Assembly (NCBI RefSeq): GCF_018977255.1
Contig: NW_024704742.1
Coordinates: forward strand, 71,178,001-71,242,000
Direction of reading: 5' to 3'
DNA from: Callorhinchus milii
Taxonomy: Eukaryota
Length of the DNA: 64,000 nt
The notes beneath the pieces were generated by a model that did no database searches, was not told where the DNA came from, and saw only the letters and a list, made by a program, of their open reading frames with translations. This document shows positions 27,251 through 40,149 of the stretch, in pieces. A program made the position numbers and the translations under genes. Every line of letters begins with the position of its first letter. Position 1 is the stretch's first letter.

Positions 27251-29239
27251 GGTATTGAAATCACACAACCTAAGCTGACACTTCAATGTAGTGTTGGGGA
27301 TGTGTTGCATTGTCGGAAGTGTCGTTCTTCAGATGAGACGTTAATCCAAAGTCCCGTCTGTCTGTTCAGGTGAATGTTAAAGATTGCACGGTACTATTGG
27401 AAACGAGAAGGGAGTTTTTATTCCCCCCGTGTCCTCGCCAATAATCCCCCAAAATAAAAATCATTCTTGACATGTGAAAGGTGCTAAATCAAATTCAACC
27501 ATTATTATTATTATTATTATTGAGTGCTGGAAATTTCTCTGTAATTCTCAGAATTACCCTGAGACAAGCATCCCCTGGGTAGTGAAGTGGGAGAGGGGGC
27601 TGGGGGCCAGTTAATGCAATGAAGATATCAGAGAAAATTTGATTATCTTTTTAATGTGAAACGGACCCGCTGAGCAGATCTCCAATCTGTGGCCTCTCCC
27701 AATAATTGGTCGAATGAAGATGTAAAGCCTTTATTGGAGGGTGTGGCTACTGCCCCAAGCCAGGGCCCCCACGACCTCTCAGCCGCATGTTTGTTCACAC
27801 TCCCTGTCCCTCAAATTAGTCCCCATTTGTTTTGACAATAAGTCGGCCATCTGGTCGCCTGTCACCTCACAGTGGGAATAATCGGCACTCTAACAATGTC
27901 AGCATAACAACTCTCTCCATCCCTTTCTGCCTGCTCCCCGCTCCCTCCATTCCCAATCCATCCCTCCATTCCCCAACAACAACAACGTTATAGTTTATAT
28001 AGTGCCTTTCACGTCAGAAGGACTCTGGACAGTTAAGGTACAAATAATAATTATTATATGTTATAATAATATAATATTGCAAGAAGTGTTGTAAATAATT
28101 ATTATGTAATAATTATTTACAACACATCTTGCAATCAATTTTTTTTAAATTTCTTTCTTCTCGTCTTTTATCCTGTGTGTGTGAAAGCATATACAACAAC
28201 AACAACTTGCATTTATATCGCAACTTCCACACAGGATAGCTTCCCGGCGCACTATACATATTATAATTATTATTAATAAGGATATCTGCTTTGGATACAG
28301 AGGCCTTTCACTTCAGGAGGAAGTCTCAAAGCACTTACAATATTTACAGTATTTACATTTCGAACACAGCAACTAATTTGCACATAGCAACGTCCCACAA
28401 ACAACCATGAATTGAGAGAGCAATTTGATTTGGGAGATTGTTGGCCAAAACACCTGGAGAGAGAAACTCTTTTCCGGAATCTTTAATGTCCACAAGCATA
28501 GACAGAGGCTCAGTTTAATAATAATAATCCTTTCATTTGATATAACACCTCATCACGCAATTGAGACGTCTCGAACCGTTTGAATGACGCCGCCTCCGAC
28601 AATGCAGCACTCCCCCAGCGCTACATTGGAACATTAGCCGAGACTGTGAACCCAAAGTCTGGAGGTGGGGCTCGAACCCACAACCTTCTGACTCAGAGCT
28701 GAGAATGCTACCAACTGAGCCAGGCTGACACCTACACACAGGTGGTTCAATCCAGGATTGTGGGGTTTGTGTAGGAAACAGCTCAATATTGTGATGGAAG
28801 GATGGTCTTGGGGGGATTCTGGGAGTAAGAGATCATGAGGGTGAGGAAGGGTCATGTTCACCTTCATCCCCTCCAGAGATTCAATGACTTGCTTGGAATT
28901 TATTGGCCAACATTGTCCTCTGCAGGCCACATGCAGTCATTACAAGCCAATGTTTTGATCCATTCACAGGCCGTGGGGTTGGAGAATAACTTCTCTCCAG
29001 AGCCTGACAAGTGAAAACAAATGAAAATAAAAGGACTTTACGAAATATAAATGGTAAAAAATGATGTTAACGTCATAAATGGGGCAGATAATCTTCCCGT
29101 AATGAGATAAGCAAACAATTCTTTTGAATCGAACAAACAGTTCAGTTCTTGGGCAGGGGAAAACCTTTGGCAACAACAAGAAACATGCACTTATATAGCG
29201 CCCTCCTCGCAGGGTAGCGTAGGGACTTGAAAAAGGGGA

Positions 29240-29767
29240 GACAGGGGGCAAGGTGTTGGGATTAAGGCAATCCTGGTCAGGGACCGGATGTGGGGTGAGG
29301 AAAGACAGGTGGGGGTCGAACCGGATGCCTAGATTGCGCACTGGTTCGGTGAGTCTGAGGGAGAGCCCAGGGAGGTTGAGGAGTTCAGATCCACAGGAGT
29401 GAAGACATTGACGGGAGCCAAGGCGTATGGCTTCCGCCTTGTCCACATTCAGCTGCAGGAAGTTTGCCCTCATCCAGTCTTGATGTCTGCCAGACAAGCT
29501 AATAGAACATCGGTGGACGTGGAGTTGGTACTGGAGGAGGCAAAGTAGATTTGTGTGTCATCCACATACATGTGGAAGTTTACCCCATGTCTGTGGATAA
29601 TATCACCCAGAGGGAGCATGTCAATAAGGAAAAGAAGAGGGCAAAGGATGGAGCCCTGGGGTACCCCGCAGGTGACCGGGCGGGGGCGGGAAGAGAAACC
29701 ATTTGCTGAGATGAAGTGGAGGCTATTGGTTAAGTAGGACTCGAACCATGCGAGTGTGGTCCCACTA
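29240..29767 (-). mobile_element. L2 LINE RT fragment
   Basis: GVPQGSILCPLLF, YVDDTQIY, NFLQLNVDKAE. Confidence 0.9.
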
Positions 29768-29769
29768 GA

Positions 29770-30065
29770 AGATTGAGAGGTGATATGATTGCTGTCTTTA
29801 AGATTCTGAAGGGGCAAAACAATATAGATCATGACAGGCTGTTTTCAACTTGTCTAGAATAGTAAAGCAAGAGGACTGCGATTGAAGGGGGAAAATTCAG
29901 AACAAATCTACGCAAACACTATTTCAGTGAGCAAATAGTGAACCTGTTGAACAGGCTCCCTAGGGAGATGGTTGAAGCAGGAAGTGTTGATTCTTTCAAA
30001 CACAGATTAGATACTTTTCTTTTAGGAAATAACATTATGGGATATAGTACTTGGTAGTTTGGGAC
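29770..30065 (+). mobile_element. CR1 LINE 3' fragment
   Basis: Decayed RGDMI..FKILKG...HYFSEQIVNLLNRLP. Confidence 0.8.
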
Positions 30066-30105
30066 ATAAGTGCATGCAACCACCAGAAAGGTGGAAGGTG
30101 ACATT

Positions 30106-30816
30106 ACCTTTCACACCAGAGCAGCTGAAATGTCTTCCCTTTTCCTCAACCCAGGATTCCCATCTATTGTGGTGGACAGGGCCCTTGACTGTGTCGGCCC
30201 TATTTCCTGCAACTCTGCCCTCACCCCTTCCCCCTCTTTCCAGAACCGTGATAGGATCCCCCTAGTCTCACTTTCCACCCCACCAGCTTCAACATCCAAA
30301 AAATAATTCTCCACCATTTCCGGCACCTCCAGGTGATCCAACCACTAAACATATCTTTCTCTACCCTCTCAGCTTTCCAAAGGGACTGTTCCCTCCATGG
30401 CTCCCTGGTTCACTCCTCCATCACCACCAACAGTTACTGCTGGTAAATGTTGATGGTGATGGAGGAGCACCTTCCCATGACAGCGCAGGAAATAAAATAC
30501 CTGCCCTTTCACCTCCTCCCATACCACTGTCCAGAGCCCCAAACGATGTGGTCTCCTCTACATTGGGGAGACGAAACGCAGATTGGGCGATCGATTTGCC
30601 AAACACCACCGTTCTGTCCGCAAGCACAAGCCTGAGCTTCCGGTTTCTTGCCACTTCAACTCTCCCTCCCACTCGCACTCTGACCTCTCCATCCACAGTC
30701 TCCTACGCTGTTCTAATGAGCCACAGCGCAAGCTCGAGGATCAGCACCTCATTTATCTGCTAGAGACCTTACGGCCCTCTGGCCTCAATATTGATTTCAA
30801 CAATTTCAGACCATAA
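30106..30816 (+). mobile_element. Penelope-like retroelement fragment (GIY-YIG endonuclease end)
   Basis: Translates as RCGLLYIGETKRRLGDRFAKH...PVSCHFNSPSH...RKLEDQHLIYLLETLRPSGLN; upstream part frameshifted and deleted. Confidence 0.85.
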
Positions 30817-32465
30817 CAGCTCACCTTCCCCCTCCCCCTCTTCTGTGACCATTCCCATATCATCTGGGTCCTAGACATTCCTTTTCAGATTTCCAGCATC
30901 TGCAGTATTTTGCATTTTGTTCTTTCTTGTCTAGCATTTCTTATGTTCTTATGTTCACAAAGGTAGATGAGGGAGGAGAGCCGATGGAGGAGGACGGCGT
31001 GGTCAACTGTGTCAAACGCCAGGAGGACAAGGAGGCAGAGGGAGCCAGGACTTTGGCAAGGAAGGGTAGGTTGGAGATGGGATGATAGTGTGAGAGATTG
31101 GAGGAATCGAGGCTGGGTTTTTTGAGGAGGGGTGTGATAACAGCGGTTTACAAGAGGAGTGGAACAGAGCCCGAAGAAAGAGACTGGTTGACCGTGTTGG
31201 CCAGCAGCTGGGTGGGGAGGGGTTTGAGGCAGCAGGTGGTGAACTTCATGCGGGTGATTGAGAGGGAGGAGGGAGAAATGGGGGCAAAGGAGTGTAAGAC
31301 AAGTTTCCTTACTCTGTTTACCTAGCAGTAAGTAGGAACCCGGTTGTTAATTGATTGGCGGATCACTTTCAGGGGGTAATCATTCCTCCAAATAAAAAAA
31401 GTGGTTACTCAATCCATGACTGTTTGTGGGACACTGCTGTGTGCAATTGGCTGCCACTTTTCATCCACAAAATATACAGTCAATTCACTTTACAGTATAT
31501 TCTGTGAAGCAATTTGAGACGTCTTCAAGACATGATAAGGCACTATATTAAATGTAAGGATTATTATTATTATTAATTCATTCAGATTGGGGGTAAATTT
31601 GAAACAAAGTAGTGGGGTGCAAAGGGGGAGGAATATAAACTAGGAGAAACTAGTCCATTTACATCCACCTGAATCACAAGGCAGACAGGATTTTAACATT
31701 GATAATAAGCTGTGTCAACCTGGCTCAGTCGGTATTTCAACAAATACGCTGAGTCAGAAGACTGTGAGTTCTCGTCCCACATCAGGATTTCAGCCCACAC
31801 AGTCTAGCCTGACGCTCCAATACAGTGCTGGGGGGTGGGGGGAACACACATTGACGCTGCATTGTCTGAGGTGCTGTCCTTCGGATGAGATGTTAAACAG
31901 AGGCCCATTCTCTATGTGTTCTGGTGGACGTTAAATATCCCGTGGATATTACTATTTGTAAAAAAGAGTTTCTCTCTCCTGGTGTCCTAGCCCATAATCC
32001 CTCAAATAAAATTGGTCATTCACTTGGCTGCTTGTGGAACATTTCTATGTGCAAATTGGAAGCTGCATTCTCCCACAAAACACAGTCGATACACTTTACA
32101 GTAAATCCTGTGAAGAGTGCTGAAACATTCTTGACTTAATAAGGCGCTGTATCAAATGCAAGGATTATTATTTTGTTATGAAACAAGTGTTGCATTTACA
32201 GATGTGGCAACAGGATGGGGCAGTGTCCATACTTATAACGTGACAATTAACACAGAGACAACAACAACAATAAATTACATTTATATTGCCCCTTTCACGT
32301 AAGGAGGATGTCCCAAAGCACTGGACAGTGAAAAGTTTGCACCCAAGCTGGGGTTTGGAGTCAAGAGGTTTAGAGGGCAAGTGGGTGGGAGTGGGAGGTG
32401 AGTAAAGTCACCCCACAAGCACCCATTGATTTGGAATGTGCAGTCTCTCCCTGCTTACTTACCTC

Positions 32466-33772
32466 GGAGTCCTGTAGTTTAGTGTTGAGCACTCACCTTG
32501 CACGTGAGAGGACCTGGATTTGATTCCAGGCCAGGGTGAAACCTCAGGCAAGTTTCCTCACTCCACACGCCTCTTTACCTAGCTGGAAGTAGAAACCCAG
32601 TTATTAGTCGATTGGTGGATCGCTTTTCCGGGGAGGTAATAATCCCTTAAAAAAATAAAAATTTGGTCAGTGCAATTGGCATCCATGGTTCGCCCACAAA
32701 ATACAGTCAATTCACTTTACAGTATATTTTGTGAAGCACTTTGAGACGTTTCGAAGACCTGATAAGGCGCTATATCATATGCAATGATTATTATTAATTC
32801 CAGGGAGTATTAGGCACAGGTTGGTGAGAGCTAATGCTTTGGGACTCCAGAGTCCTCGTTGAGGTAAATACTGTTGTTTTACAAGATAAAACAGCTTGCC
32901 ATTGAGAGAACTGTCCAACTGTCCAACAGAGCTTCCCAACCTCTCTGATGAGCATCAGTTTTGCACGGCTACTTTTTCTCTGGCCGCTTGGTTTGTTGAC
33001 TTGGACACAGGGATTATGAGTTCACAATATTGGTCTCGAGGAAGAAGACTCTTCCACCAGTCTGATCTCATCTGTCACTTACTTCTGAATCATTTTATTG
33101 TTTGTGGAGTCCTGTAATATAGAGGTTAGAACACTTGCCTTGCAAGCGAGAGGACCTGGGTTCAATTCCCTGGCGAAACATTTGTCGGGTTTCCTTACTC
33201 CACACACCTCTGTTTACCAAGCAGTAAGTAGGAACCCGGTTGTTTGTCGATTGGGGGATCACTTTAATAATAATAGTAATCTCTTCAAATATAATAATTT
33301 GGCCATTCAATCTCATGACTGTTTGTGGGACATTGCTGTGCGAAATCGGCTGCATTTTGCCCAAAAAATATAGTCAATTCACTTTACAGTATATTCTGTG
33401 AAATGCTTCGAGACGTCTTGAAGACGCTATATCAAATGCAAGGATTATTATGGTTGTAATAATAATAATCCTTGCATTTGATATCGGGCTTTTCACGTCT
33501 TCTAGACGTCCCAAAGTGCTTCACAGAATATACTGTAAAGTGAATTGACTGTATATTTGTGGGCGAACGCGGTAGCCAATTGCGCACAGCAATATCCCAC
33601 AAACAGTCGTAGATTGAAAATGACCAATTTATTATTGTTTTTGGTTTTGGAGGGATTATTATTAGGCTCTGTGTGGAGTAAGGAAACTTGCCCAAGGTTT
33701 CGCACTGCCTGGAATTGAACCCAGGTGTCTCGCTTGCAAAGCGAGTGCTCTAACCACTGAGCTACAGGATTC
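32466..33772. mobile_element. Cluster of three family A SINEs (32466-32797 +, 33106-33450 +, 33460-33772 -)
   Basis: Three recognisable copies; the last two are tail-to-tail. Confidence 0.87.
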
Positions 33773-33951
33773 CAGTAAGTAGCTCTGTGTGTGTATGTGT
33801 CTGTGTGTGGGGGGCAGGGGGTGGGTGTGGGGGGAAGAGGGGGGAGCAAAGCTACGTACAGATAGAAAAGGATGTGTCAAGAAAACTTGCCCAACGTTTC
33901 ACCCTGTCCGGGAATCGAACCCATCCATCCCCGATTCATTTGTGCTCTTAC

Positions 33952-34200
33952 CTGGTTTAAATATGCCTGTTAATCCGGACAAAATGCCACACTGGTTGTC
34001 GCTGAATCTCCTCACTCTGCGTCTCGAGCAGCTCCATTCATCCGGGAGCGGCTCTGGGATGGAGATGGGCGGAGTCAAATTGCGATTGATTGACAGCTGG
34101 AGTCACTTGTGAGTAAGTGGAGTGGTTCCAGGCTGTTGATCACCCGGGAGCCAATGCTAATTGGTTCCCTCCGCATCCAATGGGAATGGCAATGGGAGGG
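33952..34200 (-). promoter_or_regulatory. CpG-enriched promoter-like region with a candidate minus-strand first exon
   Basis: GC box GGGCGGAG 34067-34074; CCAAT at 34151 and 34177, ATTGG at 34160; minus-strand donor CAG|GTAAGA at 33952/33951. Confidence 0.4.
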
Positions 34201-34774
34201 AGGAGGTGCTGCCGCTCCTCTACTGGACGAGAAGAGAAGTTCAGTTTACCTCGGACGCCATCTAAACCAGACAAAACACCCAAAAGAAGTCCTGATGGGT
34301 CCGGCTTAAGCGGTTTCCGCTTTACTTGAAAAGAAAAAAGTTGCAAGGCAATGGGGGGAAGAGCGGGGAGTGGTACTGATTGGATAGTCCCACTCCCCTG
34401 CTCTTTCCCCATAACCTTGCAACTAATTCAAAGTTAGGCCGAATGGCCTCCTTTTGTGCTGTAGGATTCTATGATGTCCCTCCCCATGTCTTGCATGTGC
34501 GATCGTAGCTGCTCCACCCACAGTAGCAGCATCGAACAAACAACCCAAGAGGCCTGGGGCCCAGCACACTGTGTACAGCGGAGGGTGTGTTTGTAGCGCG
34601 TTTATAGCGGAGGAGGGTGTTTGTAGAGGACTCCACAATAAAATAAACACCACATATGAGCCAAGCTGGCTGGTCTGTCATCACCAGTGCCCTGAAACAT
34701 AGCAGACACACTTGGCTCAGTTCTAGAGACCGTCACAGAGTGCTGGAGATTCCAACATTCATCTGGCATGTCAG

Positions 34775-37740
34775 AGCTGTGTGTGTTGGGTAAGGGTGTG
34801 GGGTGTGTGTGTTGGGGTAAGGGTGTGGGGTGTGTGTGTTGGGGTAAGGGTGTGGGGTGTGTGTGTTGGGGTAAGGGTGTGGGGTGTGTGTGTTGGGGTA
34901 AGGGTGTGGTGTGTGTGTGTTGGGGTAAGGGTGTGAGCTGTGTGTTGGGGTAAGGGTGTGAGGTGTGTGTTGGGGTAAGGGTGTGGGCTGTGTGTGTTGG
35001 GGTAAGGGTGTGGGCTGTGTGTGTTGGGGTAAGGGTGTGGGGTGTGTGTGTTGGGGTAAGGGTGTGAGCTGTGTGTTGGGGTAAGGGTGTGAGGTGTGTG
35101 TGTGTTGGGGTAAGGGTGTGGGGTGTGTGTGTTGGGGTAAGGGTGTGAGCTGTGTGTTGGGATAAGGGTGTGAGCTGTGTGTTGGGGTAAGGGTGTGGGG
35201 TGTGTGTGTTGGGGTAAGGGTGTGGGGTGTGTGTGTTGGGGTAAGGGTGTGGGGTGTGTGTGTTGGGGTAAGGGTGTGGGGTGTGTGTGTTGGGGTAAGG
35301 GTGTGGGGTGTGTGTGTTGGGGTAAGGGTGTGGGGTGTGTGTGTTGGGGTAAGGGTGTGGGGTGTGTGTGTTGGGGTAAGGGTGTGGGGTGTGTGTGTTG
35401 GGGTAAGGGTGTGGGGTGTGTGTGTTGGGGTAAGGGTGTGGGGTGTGTGTGTTGGGGTAAGGGTGTGGGGTGTGTGTGTTGGGGTAAGGGTGTGAGCTGT
35501 GTGTTGGGGTAAGGGTGTGGGGTGTGTGTGTTGGGGTAAGGGTGTGAGCTGTGTGTTGGGGTAAGGGTGTGAGCTGTGTGTTGGGGTAAGGGTGTGGGGT
35601 GTGTGTGTTGGGGTAAGGGTGTGGTGTGTGTGTGTTGGGGTAAGGGTGTGAGCTGTGTGTTGGGGTAAGGGTGTGAGGTGTGTGTTGGGGTAAGGGTGTG
35701 GGCTGTGTGTGTTGGGGTAAGGGTGTGGGCTGTGTGTGTTGGGGTAAGGGTGTGGGGTGTGTGTGTTGGGGTAAGGGTGTGAGCTGTGTGTTGGGGTAAG
35801 GGTGTGAGGTGTGTGTGTGTTGGGGTAAGGGTGTGGGGTGTGTGTGTTGGGGTAAGGGTGTGAGCTGTGTGTTGGGATAAGGGTGTGAGCTGTGTGTTGG
35901 GGTAAGGGTGTGGGGTGTGTGTGTTGGGGTAAGGGTGTGGGGTGTGTGTGTTGGGGTAAGGGTGTGGGGTGTGTGTGTTGGGGTAAGGGTGTGGGGTGTG
36001 TGTGTTGGGGTAAGGGTGTGGGGTGTGTGTGTTGGGGTAAGGGTGTGGGGTGTGTGTGTTGGGTAAGGGTGTGGGGTGTGTGTGTTGGGGTAAGGGTGTG
36101 GGGTGTGTGTGTTGGGGTAAGGGTGTGGGGTGTGTGTGTTGGGGTAAGGGTGTGGGGTGTGTGTGTTGGGGTAAGGGTGTGAGCTGTGTGTTGGTGTAAG
36201 GGTGTGGGGTGTGTGTGTTGGGGTAAGGGTGTGGGGTGTGTGTGTTGGGGTAAGGGTGTGGGGTGTGTGTGTTGGGGTAAGGGTGTGGGGTGTGTGTGTT
36301 GGGGTAAGGGTGTGGGGTGTGTGTGTTGGGGTAAGGGTGTGAGCTGTGTGTTGGGGTAAGGGTGTGGGGTGTGTGTGTTGGGGTAAGGGTGTGGGGTGTG
36401 TGTGTTGGGGTAAGGGTGTGGGCTGTGTGTGTTGGGGTAAGGGTGTGAGCTGTGTGTTGGGATAAGGGTGTGAGCTGTGTGTTGGGGTAAGGGTGTGGGG
36501 TGTGTGTGTTGGGGTAAGGGTGTGGGGTGTGTGTGTTGGGGTAAGGGTGTGGGGTGTGTGTGTTGGGGTAAGGGTGTGGGGTGTGTGTGTTGGGGTAAGG
36601 GTGTGGGGTGTGTGTGTTGGGGTAAGGGTGTGGGGTGTGTGTGTTGGGGTAAGGGTGTGGGGTGTGTGTGTTGGGGTAAGGGTGTGGGGTGTGTGTGTTG
36701 GGGTAAGGGTGTGGGGTGTGTGTGTTGGGGTAAGGGTGTGGGGTGTGTGTGTTGGTGTAAGGGTGTGGGGTGTGTGTGTTGGGGTAAGGGTGTGGGGTGT
36801 GTGTGTTGGGGTAAGGGTGTGGGGTGTGTGTGTTGGGGTAAGGGTGTGGGGTGTGTGTGTTGGGGTAAGGGTGTGAGCTGTGTGTTGGGGTAAGGGTGTG
36901 AGGTGTGTGTGTTGGGGTAAGGGTGTGGGGTGTGTGTGTTGGGGTAAGGGTGTGAGCTGTGTGTTGGGGTAAGGGTGTGGGCTGTGTGTGTTGGGGTAAG
37001 GGTGTGAGCTGTGTGTTGGGGTAAGGGTGTGAGGTGTGTGTGTTGGGGTAAGGGTGTGGGCTGTGTGTGTTGGGGTAAGGGTGTGGGGTGTGTGTGTTGG
37101 GGTAAGGGTGTGAGCTGTGTGTTGGGGTAAGGGTGTGGGGTGTGTGTGTTGGGGTAAGGGTGTGGGGTGTGTGTTGGGGTAAGGGTGTGGGGTGTGTGTG
37201 TTGGGGTAAGGGTGTGGGGTGTGTGTGTTGGGGTAAGGGTGTGTGTGTTGGGGTAAGGGTGTGGGGTGTGTGTGTTGGGGTAAGGGTGTGGGGTGTGTGT
37301 GTTGGGGTAAGGGTGTGGGGTGTGTGTTGGGGTAAGGGTGTGAGGTGTGTGTGTTGGGGTAAGGGTGTGGGGTGTGTGTGTTGGGGTAAGGGTGTGGGGT
37401 GTGTGTGTTGGGGTAAGGGTGTGAGCTGTGTGTTGGGGTAAGGGTGTGAGGTGTGTGTGTTGGGGTAAGGGTGTGGGGTATGTGTGTTGGGGTAAGGGTG
37501 TGGGGTGTGTGTGTTGGGGTAAGGGTGTGGGCTGTGTGTTGGGGTAAGGGTGTGGGGTGTGTGTGTTGGGGTAAGGGTGTGGGGTGTGTGTGTTGGGGTA
37601 AGGGTGTGGGGTGTGTGTGTTGGGGTAAGGGTGTGAGCTGTGTGTTGGGGTAAGGGTGTGGGGTGTGTGTGTTGGGGTAAGGGTGTGGGCTGTGTGTTGG
37701 GGTAAGGGTGTGGGCTGTGTTATGGTGAGGGTGTGGGCAG
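34775..37740 (+). repeat. G-rich minisatellite, 27-bp unit GGGGTAAGGGTGTGGGGTGTGTGTGTT with 25-bp variants
   Basis: Directly visible tandem array of about 3 kb and roughly 110 units. Confidence 0.98.
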
Positions 37741-38045
37741 TTAGGGTGAAGGTTTGTTCTTTGTTGGGGTTGAAGTAGTGGCAGAGGTGGATGATGTTGT
37801 GGAGATGGAGGAAGGTGTACTTTGTCACAGTCCAAGTGAAAGGTTGGAAGGAGAGGTGAGGGTCAAACATAATGAGCGATGGGGGAGATAGATATGGTCA
37901 GGACTTGAGGTGCTGGGATCTCGGGTGTCCGACACCTACAGGTAGCGGCCGCTGAGCTGCTAGCCTCATTGATATTGAGTGCTCGTGGGTCATTGGCTCC
38001 CAACAGTGTCCATCCCATGGAGTCAGCCAGTCCCACTGAGCTGAA

Positions 38046-38188
38046 TTTAAGCAGGAGATGTCAGGAAAGTTACCACAGGGATAACCGGCTTGTGGCGGCC
38101 ACGTGTTCATAACGACATCACTTTTTGATCCTTTCATGTCGCCTCTTCCTATCGCTACGAAGCAGAATTCACCAAGTGTTGGATTGTT
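38046..38188 (+). pseudogene. Decayed 28S rRNA fragment (domain V, peptidyl-transferase region)
   Basis: Matches the conserved eukaryotic LSU stretch GCAGGAGGTGTCAGAAAAGTTACCACAGGGATAAC...TTTTTGATCCTT...CTCTTCCTATC...GAAGCAGAATTCACCAAG.GTTGGATTGTT with many substitutions; isolated from any other rDNA. Confidence 0.9.
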
Positions 38189-39297
38189 AGATAGCCAGAA
38201 TCCTATTGATGTCTGAAAAGGAAAAAGACATTTGTGTCAATCTTGCCTGCATGTCGATAACCAAGGTGCTCCGGCAAAGCATATCAATGATCGACAGGTG
38301 GAAATGTCACTGTCATCTTAATTAAATTAACGCTCTACCTCTTTTATTAAGGTTATTAATGTAGATATTCTACATATATTGAGATTTTGTGCAGAGCAAG
38401 AAGCTTTCGCTTCAAAGACATTTACGGTCTAGCCACCGAAATATAAATTTAAAGCGGAAAGGACAGCCTTGGCCACACAAAGTCTGTGACCTGGGTGAGT
38501 TACTGAAACAAAAACACTGGAAAGGATCACGTGGGTCCTGGAGAGGGAACCCACTGATACATTGAAAGGGCAGGAGATTGAATATAGAGGGAAAAAGTAT
38601 CAATGTGATACATTGAAAGGGGAGAAGTTAGGACAATATAAAAGGAGGGGGTTTGTTGAACTCGGGGTGAGCCATATTCCATTACCTGCTATAGCATTTC
38701 TCAATTTCTTTTCAGTGACTGGAACATCACATGACAGCAATTATGTATGCAGCTAAGCATCGAGCTTCTTTTTAAACGCACTATTACGTCCTGTTTCAAC
38801 AAAAAGCTTCTTGTAGTGAATTCCACATTCTCACTGCTTGCTGTGGAAAGAATATTAATAATTAATACATTATTATCTATGTTTTTATTATAAACTTTAT
38901 ATTAATCTCTATTGTCAAAAAATGACTATAGATTTGGCGGCTGAGGAAGAGTGGGGGTGAAAGCGAGAAGCCAAGCATAGTTTATATCACCTGTTTCCAG
39001 TGCAAACTAAAAAGGTATGAATGTTACGTAAAGCTCCTGCAAAATGCTCAAAACAAAACCTTATCTTAAATTGACATCAATAATGCACATGCACTGCACA
39101 TCATCAAAACTTCCAAAATAAATCATAATGCTTTGTTGGAGGTACTATTCTTTGGATGAGACGTTGAACTTAGGTCGCTGCTGTGCTGTTTAGTTGGATG
39201 GTAAAGTTCCCATGGCAGTATTCGAAGAAAGTTTCTCCTGGTATTCTGGGTTTTCTGGCCAACATTCCTCCATGCAACACTGGTCATTCATTCCATG

Positions 39298-39690
39298 GTT
39301 CGAATTCAAGATCCTCATCCTCACCTACAAGGCCATTTATGGCCTTGCTCCCTCCTACCTCTCCGACCTACTGTCCCCCTACTTACCTGCCCGTACCCTC
39401 CGTTCCTCTGGCTCCAATCTGCTCCACATCCCCCGCCCTAACCGCCCTACCATCGGTGGTCGGGCCTTCAGCCTCTCAGCCCCGAGGCTCTGGAACTCCA
39501 TCCCCAGTGCCTTCGCCGCCTCCTCCCTTTCCTCCTTCAAGGCCGGTCTCAAGACCTTTCTCTTTGACCGAGCCTTCAGCTCCCCTCTCGACTCTCAACC
39601 CCCTCCTCACTCCTGACCCAACTGTCCAGCGCCTTGGGACGTCCTCCCGACGTGAAAGGCGCTCTATAAATGGAATCTTGTTGTTATTGT
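39298..39690 (+). mobile_element. Young L2 3' end nested in a SINE
   Basis: Near-identical to 21776-22210. Confidence 0.9.
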
Positions 39691-40149
39691 TGTGGGACAA
39701 TGCTATGTGTGAAAAGGTGGCTGCATTCACCTACAAAGTATACAGTACGTACACTTTAAAGCATATTGTATGTAGCACTTAAATGTAAGAATTATTATTT
39801 AATGTGTTGTTGCCACTCAACTTCTCTTCCATCTTTCCCGCCCCTCCTTCTGCAAACCTTTCCAATCAGGTTTCCGTGCTGCTCACAGCATTGTCAGCAC
39901 CTGAATGCTCCTTTCACCTTTCTTTCAAGATATGTCTCAAGATCCTCTTTGATCCCGCCTTCAGCCACCCTCTTACGCCTACCCTCCCTGCTCTCCACCC
40001 CTCCTGATCCCAACTCCCTGCTCAAGTCCAAATTCCTAATAGTCCAGCAACTTGGTACATCCTTGCGACATGATAGGTGTTTTATGTCAGGAGGACGTCC
40101 TAAATATAATTTATTGTCGTTCTTTCCCACTATTCCCTGCTCAAGCCCC

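Noticed and set aside
26413..27373. Long hydrophobic S/L/H-rich ORFs (also 10651-11399 and 18000-18523)
   Set aside because: Artefacts of low-complexity pyrimidine tracts
34713..34723. 11-nt match to the start of miR-24 (likewise miR-194 at 2391)
   Set aside because: The match stops after 11 nt and there is no matching precursor; expected by chance
34775..37740. CRISPR array or true telomere
   Set aside because: No unique spacers, eukaryotic context, and the unit is not TTAGGG
34602..37870. 1077-aa and 1045-aa minus-strand ORFs and the CWGKGVG-type plus-strand ORFs
   Set aside because: Stop-free translations of the minisatellite; no evidence of a real protein
38046..38188. Functional rRNA gene
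   Set aside because: Short, substituted at invariant positions, no rDNA context
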